Source of the DNA: Blasia pusilla
Taxonomy: Eukaryota
Direction: 5' to 3'
Assembly (NCBI GenBank): GCA_050084515.1
Contig: CM114271.1
Location: 2,108,001-2,172,000 of the forward strand
Length of the DNA stretch: 64,000 bases
Positions within the stretch are counted from its first letter, which is position 1; every line of letters begins with the position of its first letter. This document shows positions 36,549 through 49,766 of the stretch, piece by piece. A program made the position numbers and the translations under genes. The notes beneath the pieces are model-generated. The model saw only the letters and a program-made list of their open reading frames with translations, had not been told where the DNA came from and did no database searches.

Positions 36549-39500
36549 TGTGGAAAACTGCTAAACAAGCATAATTGGTGGAAAACGGCTCTCACACATA
36601 CACCCCACCATGGAGAACGAAATTTGCAATGAGAGAATGAGTGGAGGCTGGTTCCCTTCTCAATTATATAGGGTATGTACAAGCAAACCTAACCTTAACC
36701 TTAACCATAGTCTCGAGTTAGACTAACTGTGATTAACTAACCTAGTTAAGATAATGTGTTTTAGCCTGACTAACCAAGATTAAGCTTTCCTACTTAGTTG
36801 AGTACCAAATATAGATTCAGGTGTCTCATGATTGTAACTCAATCTTCAATACTCCCCCTCAAGCTCATATCAATATCTGTAACACCTAAATCATTTTTAA
36901 ACATCTCAAACTTATCTCTAGACAATGCCTTTGTAAAGATGTCATCAATTTGCTTATGATTATTAGCAAGCTTGATGCTACTAATTTTTTCTGCATATAT
37001 TACACTAGGTCCTAAGTTACTAACACCAATCTTAACAAGTAATCGATGAAGCCACACCGCCTCACATGCTGCATGAGTTGCTCCTCTGTACTTAGCCTCT
37101 GTTCAAGATAAAGCAACTATAGGTTGCTTCTTTGAAGCCCAACTTATAGCTGCGCTTCCCAAAATAAATGAGTAACCAGATGTGGAGTGTCGATCACACA
37201 TATTTCTTGCCCAATCAGCATAAGTGTATCCCTGTAATTGAAAACTCATAGAAGGTTCAAATTGAAGCCCGAATTGAATAGAGAATTTTAAATACCGCAT
37301 AATCCTCCTCACGGCATCAAGGTGAGGTTTTCGAGGTGCTTGCATAAACTGGCTCACTAGGCCAACAACATAGCTCAAATCTGGTCTGGTTATAGTTAGA
37401 TAGATTAAACTTCCAACCATGCGCTTGTATATATTAGAATCTGCAAGCAACTCTCCTTCATCCACTCTTAGCTTCACACTCTGGTCCAACGGTGTAGAGA
37501 TTGGCTTACAAGCCGTCATACCATATTTTGAAAGCATATGAAGAGCATATTATCGTTGTAGTAACCACATGCTCTCTCCAACCTTGATAAACTCTATATC
37601 AAGGAAGTACTTGAGTTCTCCCAAGTCCTTCATATCAAATTCTGCTTGTAACTTAAGCTTGACTTATTGTACCATTTCTTCAATACTGCCAGTAATCAGG
37701 AGATCGTCAATATACAACACAATGAGAACTGTATGATCTTTTCCTCTCAAGAAATATAACCAGGAGTGAGAATCACATACCCTAAAACCCAATTCTTGTA
37801 GGACCTATGTAATCTTGCCATACCAAGCTCTTGGAGCTTGTTTGAGTCCGTATAGAGCTTTCTTCAACCTGCATACGCGAAATGGAAACTTGGGATGCTC
37901 GTATCGAGGTGGTTGAGTCATATATACCTCCTCGTATAGATCTCCATTCAAGAAGGAATTCTTGACGTCCATCTAATATAATCTCCACTTCTTACTTACT
38001 GCAACTGCAACCACTGTTGTCATAGTCGCCATCTTTGCAACAGGGCTAAATGTTTCTTCATAATCAATGCCATATTGTTGTGCATAGCCCTTAGCCACCA
38101 ATCTCGCTTTGTATCTATTAATTGTACCATCTTGATTACGCTTGATTTTGTAAACCCATTTGTAACCAATAGCTTCCTTACCATAAGGTATATCAACCAG
38201 CTCCTATGTCTGTTGATGTCTTAATTCAGCAAGCTCTTCCTCCATAGCTTCAATCCATTCGACTTTACTTGCAGCTTCTTCAAAGCATTTCGGCTCTTGT
38301 TCTTGAAGGGTAGTCATTATATATGCATGATGTATCACAAAAAAACCTTCATTTATGAATCTATGAAGTGGATGTATAACTCTACTTGATCTACGAAGTT
38401 GTTGTTTAGAGGTAGATGTCTCTGACATTTGACTCGAGCTTTGACTAGTGTCAACACATTGAATACGTACGCTTCCCATCCATGGACTCATAGATTTAAC
38501 TGATGAATCTAGGACCTCTCCTAATCCTGCACTAGTACTTGGGGGAGTTGAAGATAATGTCTGTCGGTTTACAATCATATTCTCCCCCTCAATAGACGAG
38601 TTTAGAGGTAGAATAGGCTCAGATGGAGCATACCATGACTTTAGCTCATCAAAGACAACATCCCGACTAATAATAAGCTTCCTAAATGATCGAATGTAGC
38701 ACTTGTACCCCTTAGTTCCATCAGCATAGCCAATGAAGATACATTTTTCAGACTTATTTTCAGACTAATTTTTGACGTATCTCTGAAGGAACATGGGCAT
38801 AACAAATACAACCAAATATTTTCAAGAAAGAAAAATCAGGCTTACTTCTTGTGAAGACTTCAAATGGAGTTTTATCATGAACTCCTGTTGTTGGAGTTCG
38901 GTTGATTAAGAAGAGTGCACATGCTATAGCCTCTGCCCAATACACCTTAGGCATGTTCTTCTCATTTAGCATAGCTCGTGCCGCTTCAGCAATATGTCGA
39001 TTCTTCCTCTCAACCACTCTATTTTTTTGTGGAGTGTAACGGCAAGTCACTTGACGTTGGATGCCATTCTGAAGTAAATAGTCATCAAACTCTGTTGAAA
39101 GATACTCTCCTCCTCCATCACAACGCAATTTCAGAATGTGTTCTCTAGTCTACTTCTCTACTAGAACTCTGAATGTTTGGAACACTGAGAATACCTCTGA
39201 CTTGGCTTTTAGAAAGTATACCCATATATACTTAGAGAAGTCATCAATAAATGAAATAAAGTACTGGTAATCTCTAAGGCTATGTTGTGATGCCTTCCAC
39301 ACATCAATATGGATCAACTCCAATATCATGGATGCTCTTCTTCCTTGCTTAGGAAAAGGAAATCTAGCTTGTTTTCCAAATTGGCAAGCAAGACATACCT
39401 CTAACGTAACAGGACTTGCTAATTTTAGGGAGTCCTATTACTATATTAGATGATGAAAGACTCTGTAATCTTTGAAGATTCATATGTCCAATTCTTTTAT

Positions 39501-41790
39501 GCCACATTTAGATCTGTGACTTGTTGGCCGGTTTGACCATACATTTATGTTTGAATCTCTGGCATAGAAATATCTAATTTGAGTATTCTGCCACATCAAG
39601 TTCCTTTGGCTATCATAGTCTAATCATCCATTTTTTCAATGAAACAACCATCTGCGTTAAACTTCACTTTCAAGAGCACAAAATGTTTAAACTGCATTAA
39701 ACATTGTCAAGAGCACAAAGACCATCAAATGCTATTGGAACTTTACCGGTATGCGTGATATGATGTTGAGTGTCATCTCTTATGAGCACAATTGCAAGAT
39801 CTTTCATCGGCTCCAAACTACTGAACCATTGAGCTTGTGAGATCATGTGATTTGATGCACCAGAGTCAATGTACCAATCTACTGTCGAGTCTTTCTTGAC
39901 CATTGCTCCCATATGATGATTCTTGGAAGTGGAAGTGGGAAGTGGTGTATTAATTAAAAAAATTAGATTTGATTTTCTCTTTGTGATTTTTTTAGTCATG
40001 ACCAAGAGATGCTCCGTTTGTGAATGTTGTTGTTCTTGGTATTGCTCTTGGTGTTGTTGCTCCACATAGTTTTATTGTTGTAAGGCTCCTGTTCTCATAT
40101 CTGCCTTCTTCTTGAAGCAAAGCTTTGCATAGTGACCCTTTATCGCACAGTAATTGCAAGATCCAGGGACCCTCTGCTGTTGACCTCCACCCCAACGGTT
40201 TCCACCATCATCACCTTGTGATTCTGTTTGGTACCGGTTAGTAGTTGAATGAGTGACGTTATATTGAGTCCCTTTTCCTCCATATGCTTGATATCCACCA
40301 TGACCACGGAAGTTTCTATCACGACCCCTGCCTCTGTTTAATTTATAACCTGCAAATAGTGCACTCTCTTGCAGACTAGACGAGCTATCGCTGCCTACTA
40401 GACGTATCTCTTCATTGATTAACAGAGGCACTAACTCTTGAAAGGTTGGATACTTCTCTCTCACAGAGATAGAGGTCTCAAAGGACTTATAATCTTTTGG
40501 AAGGCCTTGAAGAGTGAACAAAATCAGATCATCATCTTCTACTGTCACTCCAATGATATTCAATTGATCAACAATATGTCTGATACTCAAAATATAATCA
40601 TTGATGCTCTACGATTCTTTCCTCACTTCGTTCAATTGATGTTTCAATTGAAGCTTTCTGGTCTTTGTAGATGTCTGGAACAACTTTTCCAATGCATCCC
40701 AGGTCTCCTTCGAAATATCAACATCTTGAATGTAACCTATTATTGGCGAACTGATCGTTATTGAAATATGGTGGATTACTTGTCTTTCGCGTTTATTCCA
40801 GACGCAAACATTCAAGTCTTTTGAGTCACCTTCTCGCTTGGCCTTATCATCTGTGACAAGCTCCCATAGTTCTTGACCCATGAGAAATTGTTTCATGTGA
40901 AACTTCCAGACGTTGTAATTCTGCTTATCTAGCTTCTCGCCTGTGATTGTTGTTGAGGAATACTCCATGACGAATGATTTCACTTACAAAAATGTAATTT
41001 CAGGATCTCCTACTGGTCCAATTGAAGCATAGATCATTCCTACACAGAAATTGACCTGAAATTTTCCAAAATTGATCAAATGTATGAAAGAACTAGTCGA
41101 AATTGGCCTGTAGAGAGCAAACTCCACAACTTTTCTTCACTAATTGCACTTTCCTACATTGAAATTGCTACAGCAAGAGCTGAGAATGTCAGAATCGAGC
41201 AATTTTGGATGCGTTGGAAAGCTCTTGGCGAGCTCTACAAGAAGGCTAAAATAAGACCTAGATGCTGTTCTAGCTACTGCGGACCCAGATGGCTTAATCG
41301 AATGGAAAAGCCTTCAAAAATACCTCAAAGTTTTTATCACCGTAAAAGCTCCACCTGAAATCTACACCCACTGAGCTCTGAATAAAACTTCCTACTCCCA
41401 AACTGAAAATTTCTCCTTCTCTTGCCTCTCTTCTCTCCTCAAACACCAAGGATTTCAAGTGATGTTCTCCTATTGCTCTGATACCATGTGGAAAATTGCT
41501 AAACAAGCATAACTGGTGGAAAATGACTCTCACACACACATCCCACCATGGAGAACGAAATTTGCAATGAGAGAATGAGTGGAGGCTGGTCCCCTTCTTA
41601 ATTATATGTACAAGCAACCCTAACCCTAACCTTCACCATAGTCTCGAGTTAGGCTTCTTATGATTAACTAACCCTAGTTAAGATAATCGTGCTTAACTGA
41701 CTAACCAAGATTAACTTCCCTATTTCGTGTGAGTACCAAATATAGGAGTTCAGATGTCTCATGAGTTTGATTGTAACTCAATCTTCAATA
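36549..41790 (-). mobile_element. Full-length, decayed Ty1/copia LTR retrotransposon
   Basis: LTRs at 36549-36851 and 41487-41790. TSD GATTA at 36544-36548 and 41791-41795. PBS TGGTATCAGAGCA (41474-41486, iMet type) and PPT GAGGGGGAG (36852-36860). Order gag (CNYC..GH...C), protease (WYIDSGASNHM), integrase (RCDGGGEY), RT (GSLIYLTITRPDL), RNaseH. Confidence 0.97.
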
Positions 41791-42099
41791 GATTAGATTA
41801 CATCTTTGTGAGTTTTAAATCACTTCCAATGTTTTGGCACATGACATTTGTGTGGAGGACTATGGCGGAGAAGATGGAGGGACGTCTAGAATTTTGCTTG
41901 TAACTATTTCCATGGTGATCCAATCTTTTCAACCTAAGGCCCAATGTGTTCATGTCCTCAAGCTTGAACTTTGGATTCTTCTTTTTTTCACTTAAAATTG
42001 AGTTTTCCAAAGTTCTTGGGATCTTTGGACCTCCTTCTCTCCTAAATGTGCTCATAGATTCCTATACGCAATTTCAAACATAGGGCTCTCCTTATAGAG

Positions 42100-45000
42100 T
42101 GATATCGGGTTACCATCGGTTTAAGGGATTCCTCTTGCTTTTTTGGATCTTTTGATACGGGCTGGGCCCAACATTACGAACTCATTCCCTCATAGTAGTC
42201 ATTGGTGGATGGCTCACTTACTCCTCACATCCTCTTTTTTGGTGTTTCCAATTTCTTTCATAATTTTCTTCTGGAATGTCGGTTTTGGACGTGTTTAGGC
42301 CTGTTTCGATCGTCTTGACGAGCTCGTTCTTTTCATATCAAGTAGGTTTTATAGTTTTTCTTCCTTCTTTGTAGGTCCCTATTTTTGTGTACGGGTTTGT
42401 TTTAGGTCAATTCCTCCCAAAAGTCTTCGTTGCTCTTTCAACTCCTTACCTTACTGTTTCGCCCCTACATACGTTTGCCATCTCCTTAAGGATATTAGAA
42501 ATTCATATTCTTGCGCCACCTCTTACAATACCATATAGATTACTTTTCCTTTTCAATTTCTTTTTATATTTTTCTTATAGTAACTTTCAATCATAAATTC
42601 AGTATTGCCTAATCTTTATCTCTCCATCTAAATTTCTTTTGGACGGATTCCACTACTTTTCTTTGCTCGTTATCCTCATGCTTTCTCCAAACCACATTTC
42701 ATATGTCTTTCCTTATCTTCGATGACTTGCCTACCTTTACTTGTATATCATCAGAGATGGAGTTGGATTCTCCATCTACTCCCTTATATGGTTTTACACG
42801 CCCTCCTACGGCCGTAACCTCTCCCCCCGGTTCACCTCCTCATCGTAGATCTCGCCATTTTCCTCCAGATGCTAATACACTGATAACACTCGCTACTTTT
42901 CTTCCGGATTCTCCTCTTCTCCCTTCTTTGCCTTGTCCTATTGAGCCTAATCTTGATCCATTATTACCGAATCCTTCTACTTTGCCATCCCCACATATCT
43001 CATCTATGCCCTTGCTTCCAATTCCCATCTATTCTACCCGAATCTCCCCTCTTCCTCCTCCTCCTTCCACAAACTACTCACCCCCTCATCGTCGGCCATC
43101 ACCACCTCTTGCACCTCCCACCTCCTCTCCTTGTAACCCTTCTACTTCTCCATTTGTACCAAAGGTTCATTGCATACCTTATGGTAAGGAGTTTGCTCCT
43201 AATGGGATCAAAAGATATCAGCGGTACTGTCAATCCATGCATGGGCCTTCAATCCCTAACCCGATACCACCTCATACTGCACTCCGCATAACAATTTCTT
43301 GGACCTGGTTAAGCCAAATTGATCGCCTCCGCTCTTTCCATCCATGTCTTCCTCGTCCTAGACTCTACACTCGCATTCCTATTGCTCTTCGCCCCATCAC
43401 CCAACAAGCTTTGCTTTTCCCATTATAAAGGTTAGCGCATGACCCCACGAATATAAATGCTTGGTATCTCCTATTACTCTTCCCACAATGGGTTTTAGTC
43501 CTCCCTCCAAGGGATGGTGCAACGGATCATCGTGAAACCTCCACACGTATTCAATGCTTTATGTCTGGGGATTGGGAGAATCTTTAGAATGAGCATGTAC
43601 TTCGAGCAGAGGCCTTAGCTGCGGCTCATCCCACTCAACATGCCAATCATGGGAGACCTTCAATACAACAATGCCTTCGACGAAGTCTACTTTTGGGGCA
43701 GGTTGGTGAGTTTTCACGTGCAGCTCGAGCATTGGGTCCTCTTTCTCCGGTGGTTCCAAGTGCGGAAACAGTGGCTCTCTTAGAAGCTCTTCATCCTCCT
43801 TCAAGTGATGATGCTCCACTTTGTGTGGAAGACTATACAATGGACCTTGACATGGAGCTTGACTTGGAGGTTTTTCACAAGGGCTTTTCTGCATACTCCT
43901 TGCTTATCAGCAAGCGGGTTATCAGGGATGGTTTTTGAGCATCTCTACGATTTCTTTATCCCAGCAGATTCAACAAGTGGATTTGTCTCTCTATATAAGG
44001 TGTGTGCACATATGGCGGCATGTCGTCTCCCATTCTCTCTCTCTAGGCTCTTAGGGGCTTGTCGTTTGTTAGCTATGGATAAGCCTCCTTCAGGTGTGCG
44101 CCCTTTGGCTATTGGAGAGGTTTTATACCGCTTGGTTAGTCGATCCCTATGCTTGCAATTTTGTCCTCACTTTAGTGCCCACTTATTTCCTCATCAATTT
44201 GGAGTGGCAACTCCTAGAGGTTGTGAGGCTGTGGTGCATGGGATTCGCTCCACTCTTGATATTAATCCAGATTGGGTAGCAATTCAAGTCAATGTGGCTA
44301 ACGCATTCAATTCAGTTTCTCGTGCGGCCATCTTTGAGGAGTTACGTTGTGCAGGAGGAAAACTCGTGAGCCTCATTCCATTTTTTTTCTCCTTCTATGC
44401 CTATGATACGCCCATTATCTATTCCCATCATGCTACTTTTGGGGAATATAGTATTCTACAATCGGCTTGAGGCACACGTAAGGTGATCCCATGGGTGGCC
44501 TACTCTTTGCCCTTACCCATTTTCGTGCCCTTCGAGCATCAGTGCAAGCATTTCCATGTTGTCTTTTCCCTTCTATTGCTCATGACACTCACATTATAGG
44601 TCTTCCTTCTGAAGTGGTTCATGCTTATACCCATTTCGTGGAGCAACTCTCTTTCTTAAACCTTAAATTCCAACCTAGTAAATATGGAGTATGGTCTCCT
44701 TCATGCCTTCCCTCAACATTCACCCCACATACTTTTGATTTTCCCATCTACATTGAAGGGGTTAGAGTTCTTGGGGTCCCAATTGGCTTCATCGACTATG
44801 TCTCAAAGTTCTTGGACGAGGCCCTTTAGAAAGACGTGGAATGGATTCATTTGTTACCTCATCTAGGGGATCCCCAAGTGGCTTATGGGATTCTCTCCCA
44901 ATGTTTTCTACTACGTCCTTCCTACCTTCTTCGCACTTGTCCTCCCACTTCAAGGTTCTTACATCAGTTGGCCTCTTTTGATGCTTCTATCTGGGCAACT

Positions 45001-46370
45001 TTTGGTCAACTTCTTGGCTCGAATACCTTTGAGGGAGAGGATGGTGTCTTTGCTTCATGACAAGCTATCTTGCCTGTTTTTTTTTTGAGGGGTGGGACTG
45101 TCCTCCACAGTCGCATCTGCTCCCGCACTTTTTTGGGGAGTTGGGCGTTGGTAGCACCGATTATGGCTTCAAGGTTTCTCCAAGGAGATACACCTATCTT
45201 GATGGATCATATCGCCCATGTAGAGGAGGAGGACTTGTTATTTCAACAACAACTGAGATCTGCACGAGCTCTTCTTCCTCTTGCTACACAAGCAATTCTA
45301 CCCCCTTTTAGTCAACTCATTACGGAAGGGCTTGATCGACTTCAAGAGCATATCTTCGAGAATCTACATCAAACCAACTTTTCCAGTATTCTCTCCGAGG
45401 CATCCTCTGACGCTAATCGAGCTCGTCTACGTTCATGAGCGGGTACCCGAGCGGGGGCGTGGCTTACTGCAAATCCTCTTATTCTTCTATTTCTTCTTCC
45501 TCGAAGTATATTCTCGACAGCTTTACGGTTACGTCTTGGACTTCCCCATCCTTCTCTCTTAGGTGTGCCGAATTGTGTATGCGGGGATCCCATTAATGCC
45601 AAGGGTATCCATATTCTCCGATGTGCACATGGTGGAGAACGAACGGCCACACATAATGTCATTAGAGAGGCGGTAGCATCGGTGGCTCGTACTGCAGGAT
45701 ACACCGTTGGGCAAGAGCAACTCCATGTCCTACCTTCAACCACACAAGCAACCTCTCGTCGGAGAGTGGATCTTGTTATGTCTCGAGGTGGATTCCGGAC
45801 ACTAGGTAATGTGATGGTTGCTTATCCACCGCGTTTTGACTTGGTGTGTCGAGCCGCACATACCAAAGGTTTGGCGGCCGAAGCTGCAGCAAGAATCAAG
45901 GAGTTAAGTTATGTTGTGAGACATGCGACTGATGGATTTATTCCTTTTGCAGTGGAAGTATTCGGTCATTTACATGTGTCTTTTGATACTTTCCTGAAAA
46001 CATGTGCTCACCACTCCCTCGAGAATCATCACTTTGCCTCTTCCAGTAGTCCTTCTCTCTCGGTAGTTACTACTTATTTTCGGCAACGCATTCAGTGGCC
46101 TTACAACGTGCACAAGCCTTGGCATTGATACGTCGTGCGGAGGTGGTGGGGGGTCGCTCACCTCGTCGTCCATTCACGTCTGACCAACCACTCGTGTTCT
46201 TGTCAGATTTGTTTCAGGCTATCAATCGTGTAGCTCATTGAGCCGGTGTTTGCATTGGCTTGTTGCCATTTTCTTTTTGCATTCTTTCATGCATTTTTTG
46301 ACTCCTCTTTTGAGTTGTTATTACCTTTCTTTGTCCTCTTTTGAGGCTTATTTTATAATAAAGTGGATAT
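42100..46370 (+). mobile_element. Near full-length decayed CRE-like non-LTR retrotransposon (RT + CCHC + restriction-like endonuclease)
   Basis: Pro-rich N-terminus with a C2H2-like remnant. RT: KPPSGVRPLAIGEVLYRLV, QFGV..GCEAVVH, NVANAFNSVSR, GDPMGGLLFAL. C-terminal CVCG..HILRCAHGGERTATHNVIR, RRVDLV, KELSY and FIPFAVEVFG. T-rich 3' UTR with AATAAA. The 5' boundary is approximate. Confidence 0.85.
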
Positions 46371-48158
46371 ATCTAAAGAGCATAAAACACTTAGGAAAAT
46401 TTTCTTAGTTTTTATAAGTATTAATATAAAAAAATTTGAAACTTAAATAGCTTGTGGATAGCATGGATTATGCATTAATTGTTACTAGAGTATATCTTCC
46501 TCTTTTTCGTACCTTCCCTACTTGAGACATGGCACTTGAACATCATGAGAATAAATTTTTCCTTTATCAATAGAGGTATAGCACAAAATAAAATGATAAA
46601 TTTAATTTGTGTTATACTAGTTATTTTAACCAAATCTCATTTCACGTCAAAATTTGAAATTTAATTCTCATCTAAACTTCAAATTTCATTACATTCATTT
46701 AGCTTTCTTTCTATTTTCTTGTATATTTTTTATCCAATATTTGTTTTTATAGTTGGATGATGTATTTTAATCATAGAGGCGTTGAAAGAATCAAAAATTT
46801 TCTTCTTATAATAGTATCAAAAAATTCATATCTTTTAGAATATTCAATCTTTTTTTGCCTTATCTTGGGAATAATGGAAATATTTCCATCCATTAGCGAG
46901 GTGGGCTCTATGATTAGAAGGTGAGATCTTGACACAAAGCAATTTTTAATATAAGGTCTAAGGATTTTTTTGATTAAAGGTCAAAGATCATCAATCAAAG
47001 AAGTATTTGTTGTTATATTTTATCCATTTACGCCCTCTTAAGGGTCACAAAAATATTTTTTGGAGGTTGGTGATGAGCAAACCTATTACAAAATTTGACA
47101 GCAATATCATACTTTTTGTACATATTTTATTTCCTCTATTTATTTGTATCTTCCTATTTCTATATACCCAACATTCAAGCTAACTTCGTAGTTGTACATG
47201 CTATATGTTACCTATTATAGTATGCTCAACTTATAGTACGGTACTGGAGTGTTTCCCGTACTATGCATGGTTGACATTGAAGTCTTGAAACTAAAAAATT
47301 CTACCTGGTCCGTCTTCCTTTTCCCTACTCAATTTACCTTTCTCTTCTTCACTTTTGATTTTATTCCCTCATGTTGACATGTGTCAACACCAGAAAAGCC
47401 CTCATTGGAGAGGTGTCGATAGGAGGAGGAGGAGGAGGAGGAGGGATTTTCTAAACACGTCCTCCGTTAATAGTATAGATTGTGTTAAGGTGATACTAGG
47501 GTCATTATTCTCGACAAATCCATCCAACAAAATATAGAATTTTTAATGGGAATTCGAAAATAGGAAAATCTCTGATAGAGGAGTGTTTTTGTAAAGTCTT
47601 GAAATTTATGGCAATACTTTAAAAATACCAAATTAGAATTCTTTCCCTTTGGAAATCAGCCTATGCATCTAAGGTAACTACCCAAGCTACGCATTGTGTT
47701 TTATGCTTGCTAGAGTTCGCACCGTCACTTGGGATATAATATGCACATGTATGAGGACAACTTTATTTATTGGTGGCACAACAACCAACAGAAATTTCCC
47801 CACGACATATTCTTAACATCTCGTCATTACAAAAAAATTGGGCCAAAAACTATTTGGAATTTCCTTTAATCCTTTTCTTGGTGTTTCTCCAAACTTCATG
47901 TTCACTAGTGAGAACGCATGTGCAATGCACTTGCTCAAACACTTACCTTCCATATTTCCCACTTTACTCTACCATTAAGTAAGATCTTAGGATGTAAATA
48001 TTGCTATCACAACCCCGCCACATCTCATGGTTGCTTCCACCTTCTGAATTGTTGAACCTCCAATGTTACTAAAAATTTGTAGGGACGCTAGAGAACGTCC
48101 AATCTTATAGAAACAAACACCCATACATTTACGAAATTCACTCTTTTCTTAAAAAGTA

Positions 48159-48350
48159 CTAGTATGATGCTCATGCTATGCACATTGCACAAGTGAGGGG
48201 GAAATGTTTTTTCACCCCTTAAGTATTTGGTCTTCTTAATTTAAATTTTATTTAAATGTGACGCTTGTCAACAACGGTGGCGGTTTGAAAGAACATGAGT
48301 CAACATAGAAGGAGGGTTTCTCTAACCCCATCCTTTCTTAATAAGATAGA
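48159..48350 (-). mobile_element. Non-autonomous Helitron (second subfamily)
   Basis: A|TCTATCTTATTAAGAAAGGATGGGG start, hairpin plus CTAG|T end on the - strand. Confidence 0.65.
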
Positions 48351-49766
48351 TGAACTTACTTACTTCAAATTTATCTTCCTTCTATAAGGAGGCGCCACTT
48401 CTTTGGAATTACGAGTACTATAAAAGGCAACCCCCCTTTCCTTCCAATTGTAATATAGATTCCACACCTCAAAATATAATATAGATTTTACAACATGATG
48501 GAGTGTTCGCCCCTTACAAATCACTGGTTAACATGCCCCGTGCTACACATGAAAAGAAGGGTTTCAAAATATTGTTGGAAAAGAAAAATCGTGTCAAGAT
48601 CAACACTATTGACTCTTAAAGAGAAGTGGAGGTTCTACTTACACATCCCCTTCCTCATGGCTGCTAATTTTCCACTCCTCAATAATCTCACTATTACCTC
48701 CAATTATACCTCTTCCCCTCCAAAGATGCTCACTCCTACCAACATGAGACCTTGAGGGGCGAAATAATATCTCGCTACTATTTTGTCTTATTGTCACTAT
48801 TTTGTCCTAATGTGCATGTGGGGTCTGCCATTATAATATAGGTAGAAGATAATACAACAGCCACCAAAAGCAGCAGAATGAAAAGATTATTAATAAAATT
48901 CAAACATCTAAAAACTCGAGGAGAAAGTGCATAGCATTTTTTTTCCCTTGGTAGGTGGCAGATAACATTCATTTTCCCTGGATGACATTCATTTTCAAAG
49001 GTGGGAAAAATAATAGGAAGTGGGTGAATAGTACAATGTCCAACTGCTTCCCATAGCACATGACAGCTTTTTTAGTAGACAAGACAATACCATAAACATG
49101 GAAGGGATAGGAACATAACACCAAGGATGCAAAGTATTGCATTTCATACTCCTGCCCTTCAACCTTTCTTAAAGGTCTTTTCATTGTTCCTCTCCAAATT
49201 ATTTGTTCCAGATGTTTCCGGGAGGAAGCGGCACCTAAAATGTCCGATGTTGTTTAGAGGAACGTAGGTTCAGGAAAGGCTTTGAAGATGGGATGGCTAC
49301 CAAAATAAAGGAAAGTATTTACTGATTATGAGTCGAAAGTTTTCTGCTGATACACCAAATTGAGACCGTCTCCCTTAAGCGGCGCGTGTTGGAAGAGTGC
49401 GTAAGATATCCCATAGCTATGGTGTAAATTTTGGAACTCCTACACAATCATCTCTAGCTTAAGAGTAGATCTCAAACTGCTACTGGGAGATGTTCTACAC
49501 TAGCCTCCTACCATCAAGGATTGAGAACTTAATGATATCAATCCCAGTAAGCCCATCTGATTGGGATTCTAGCCTTGTACCATTAGCAATCTACAAAAAG
49601 AGCAGCCCTTGATGGTTCTCTGCATGATGTTGCAGGAAAATGTTTTGCATCTCTACATAATAGCTATACCATCAATTTTGTGCTCGGTACCACCTGACGG
49701 TAGGTTGTCCCATTATCAAAATGTGGAGAATCCAATACTGGATACTTGTCACAGATTAGGTCAATT

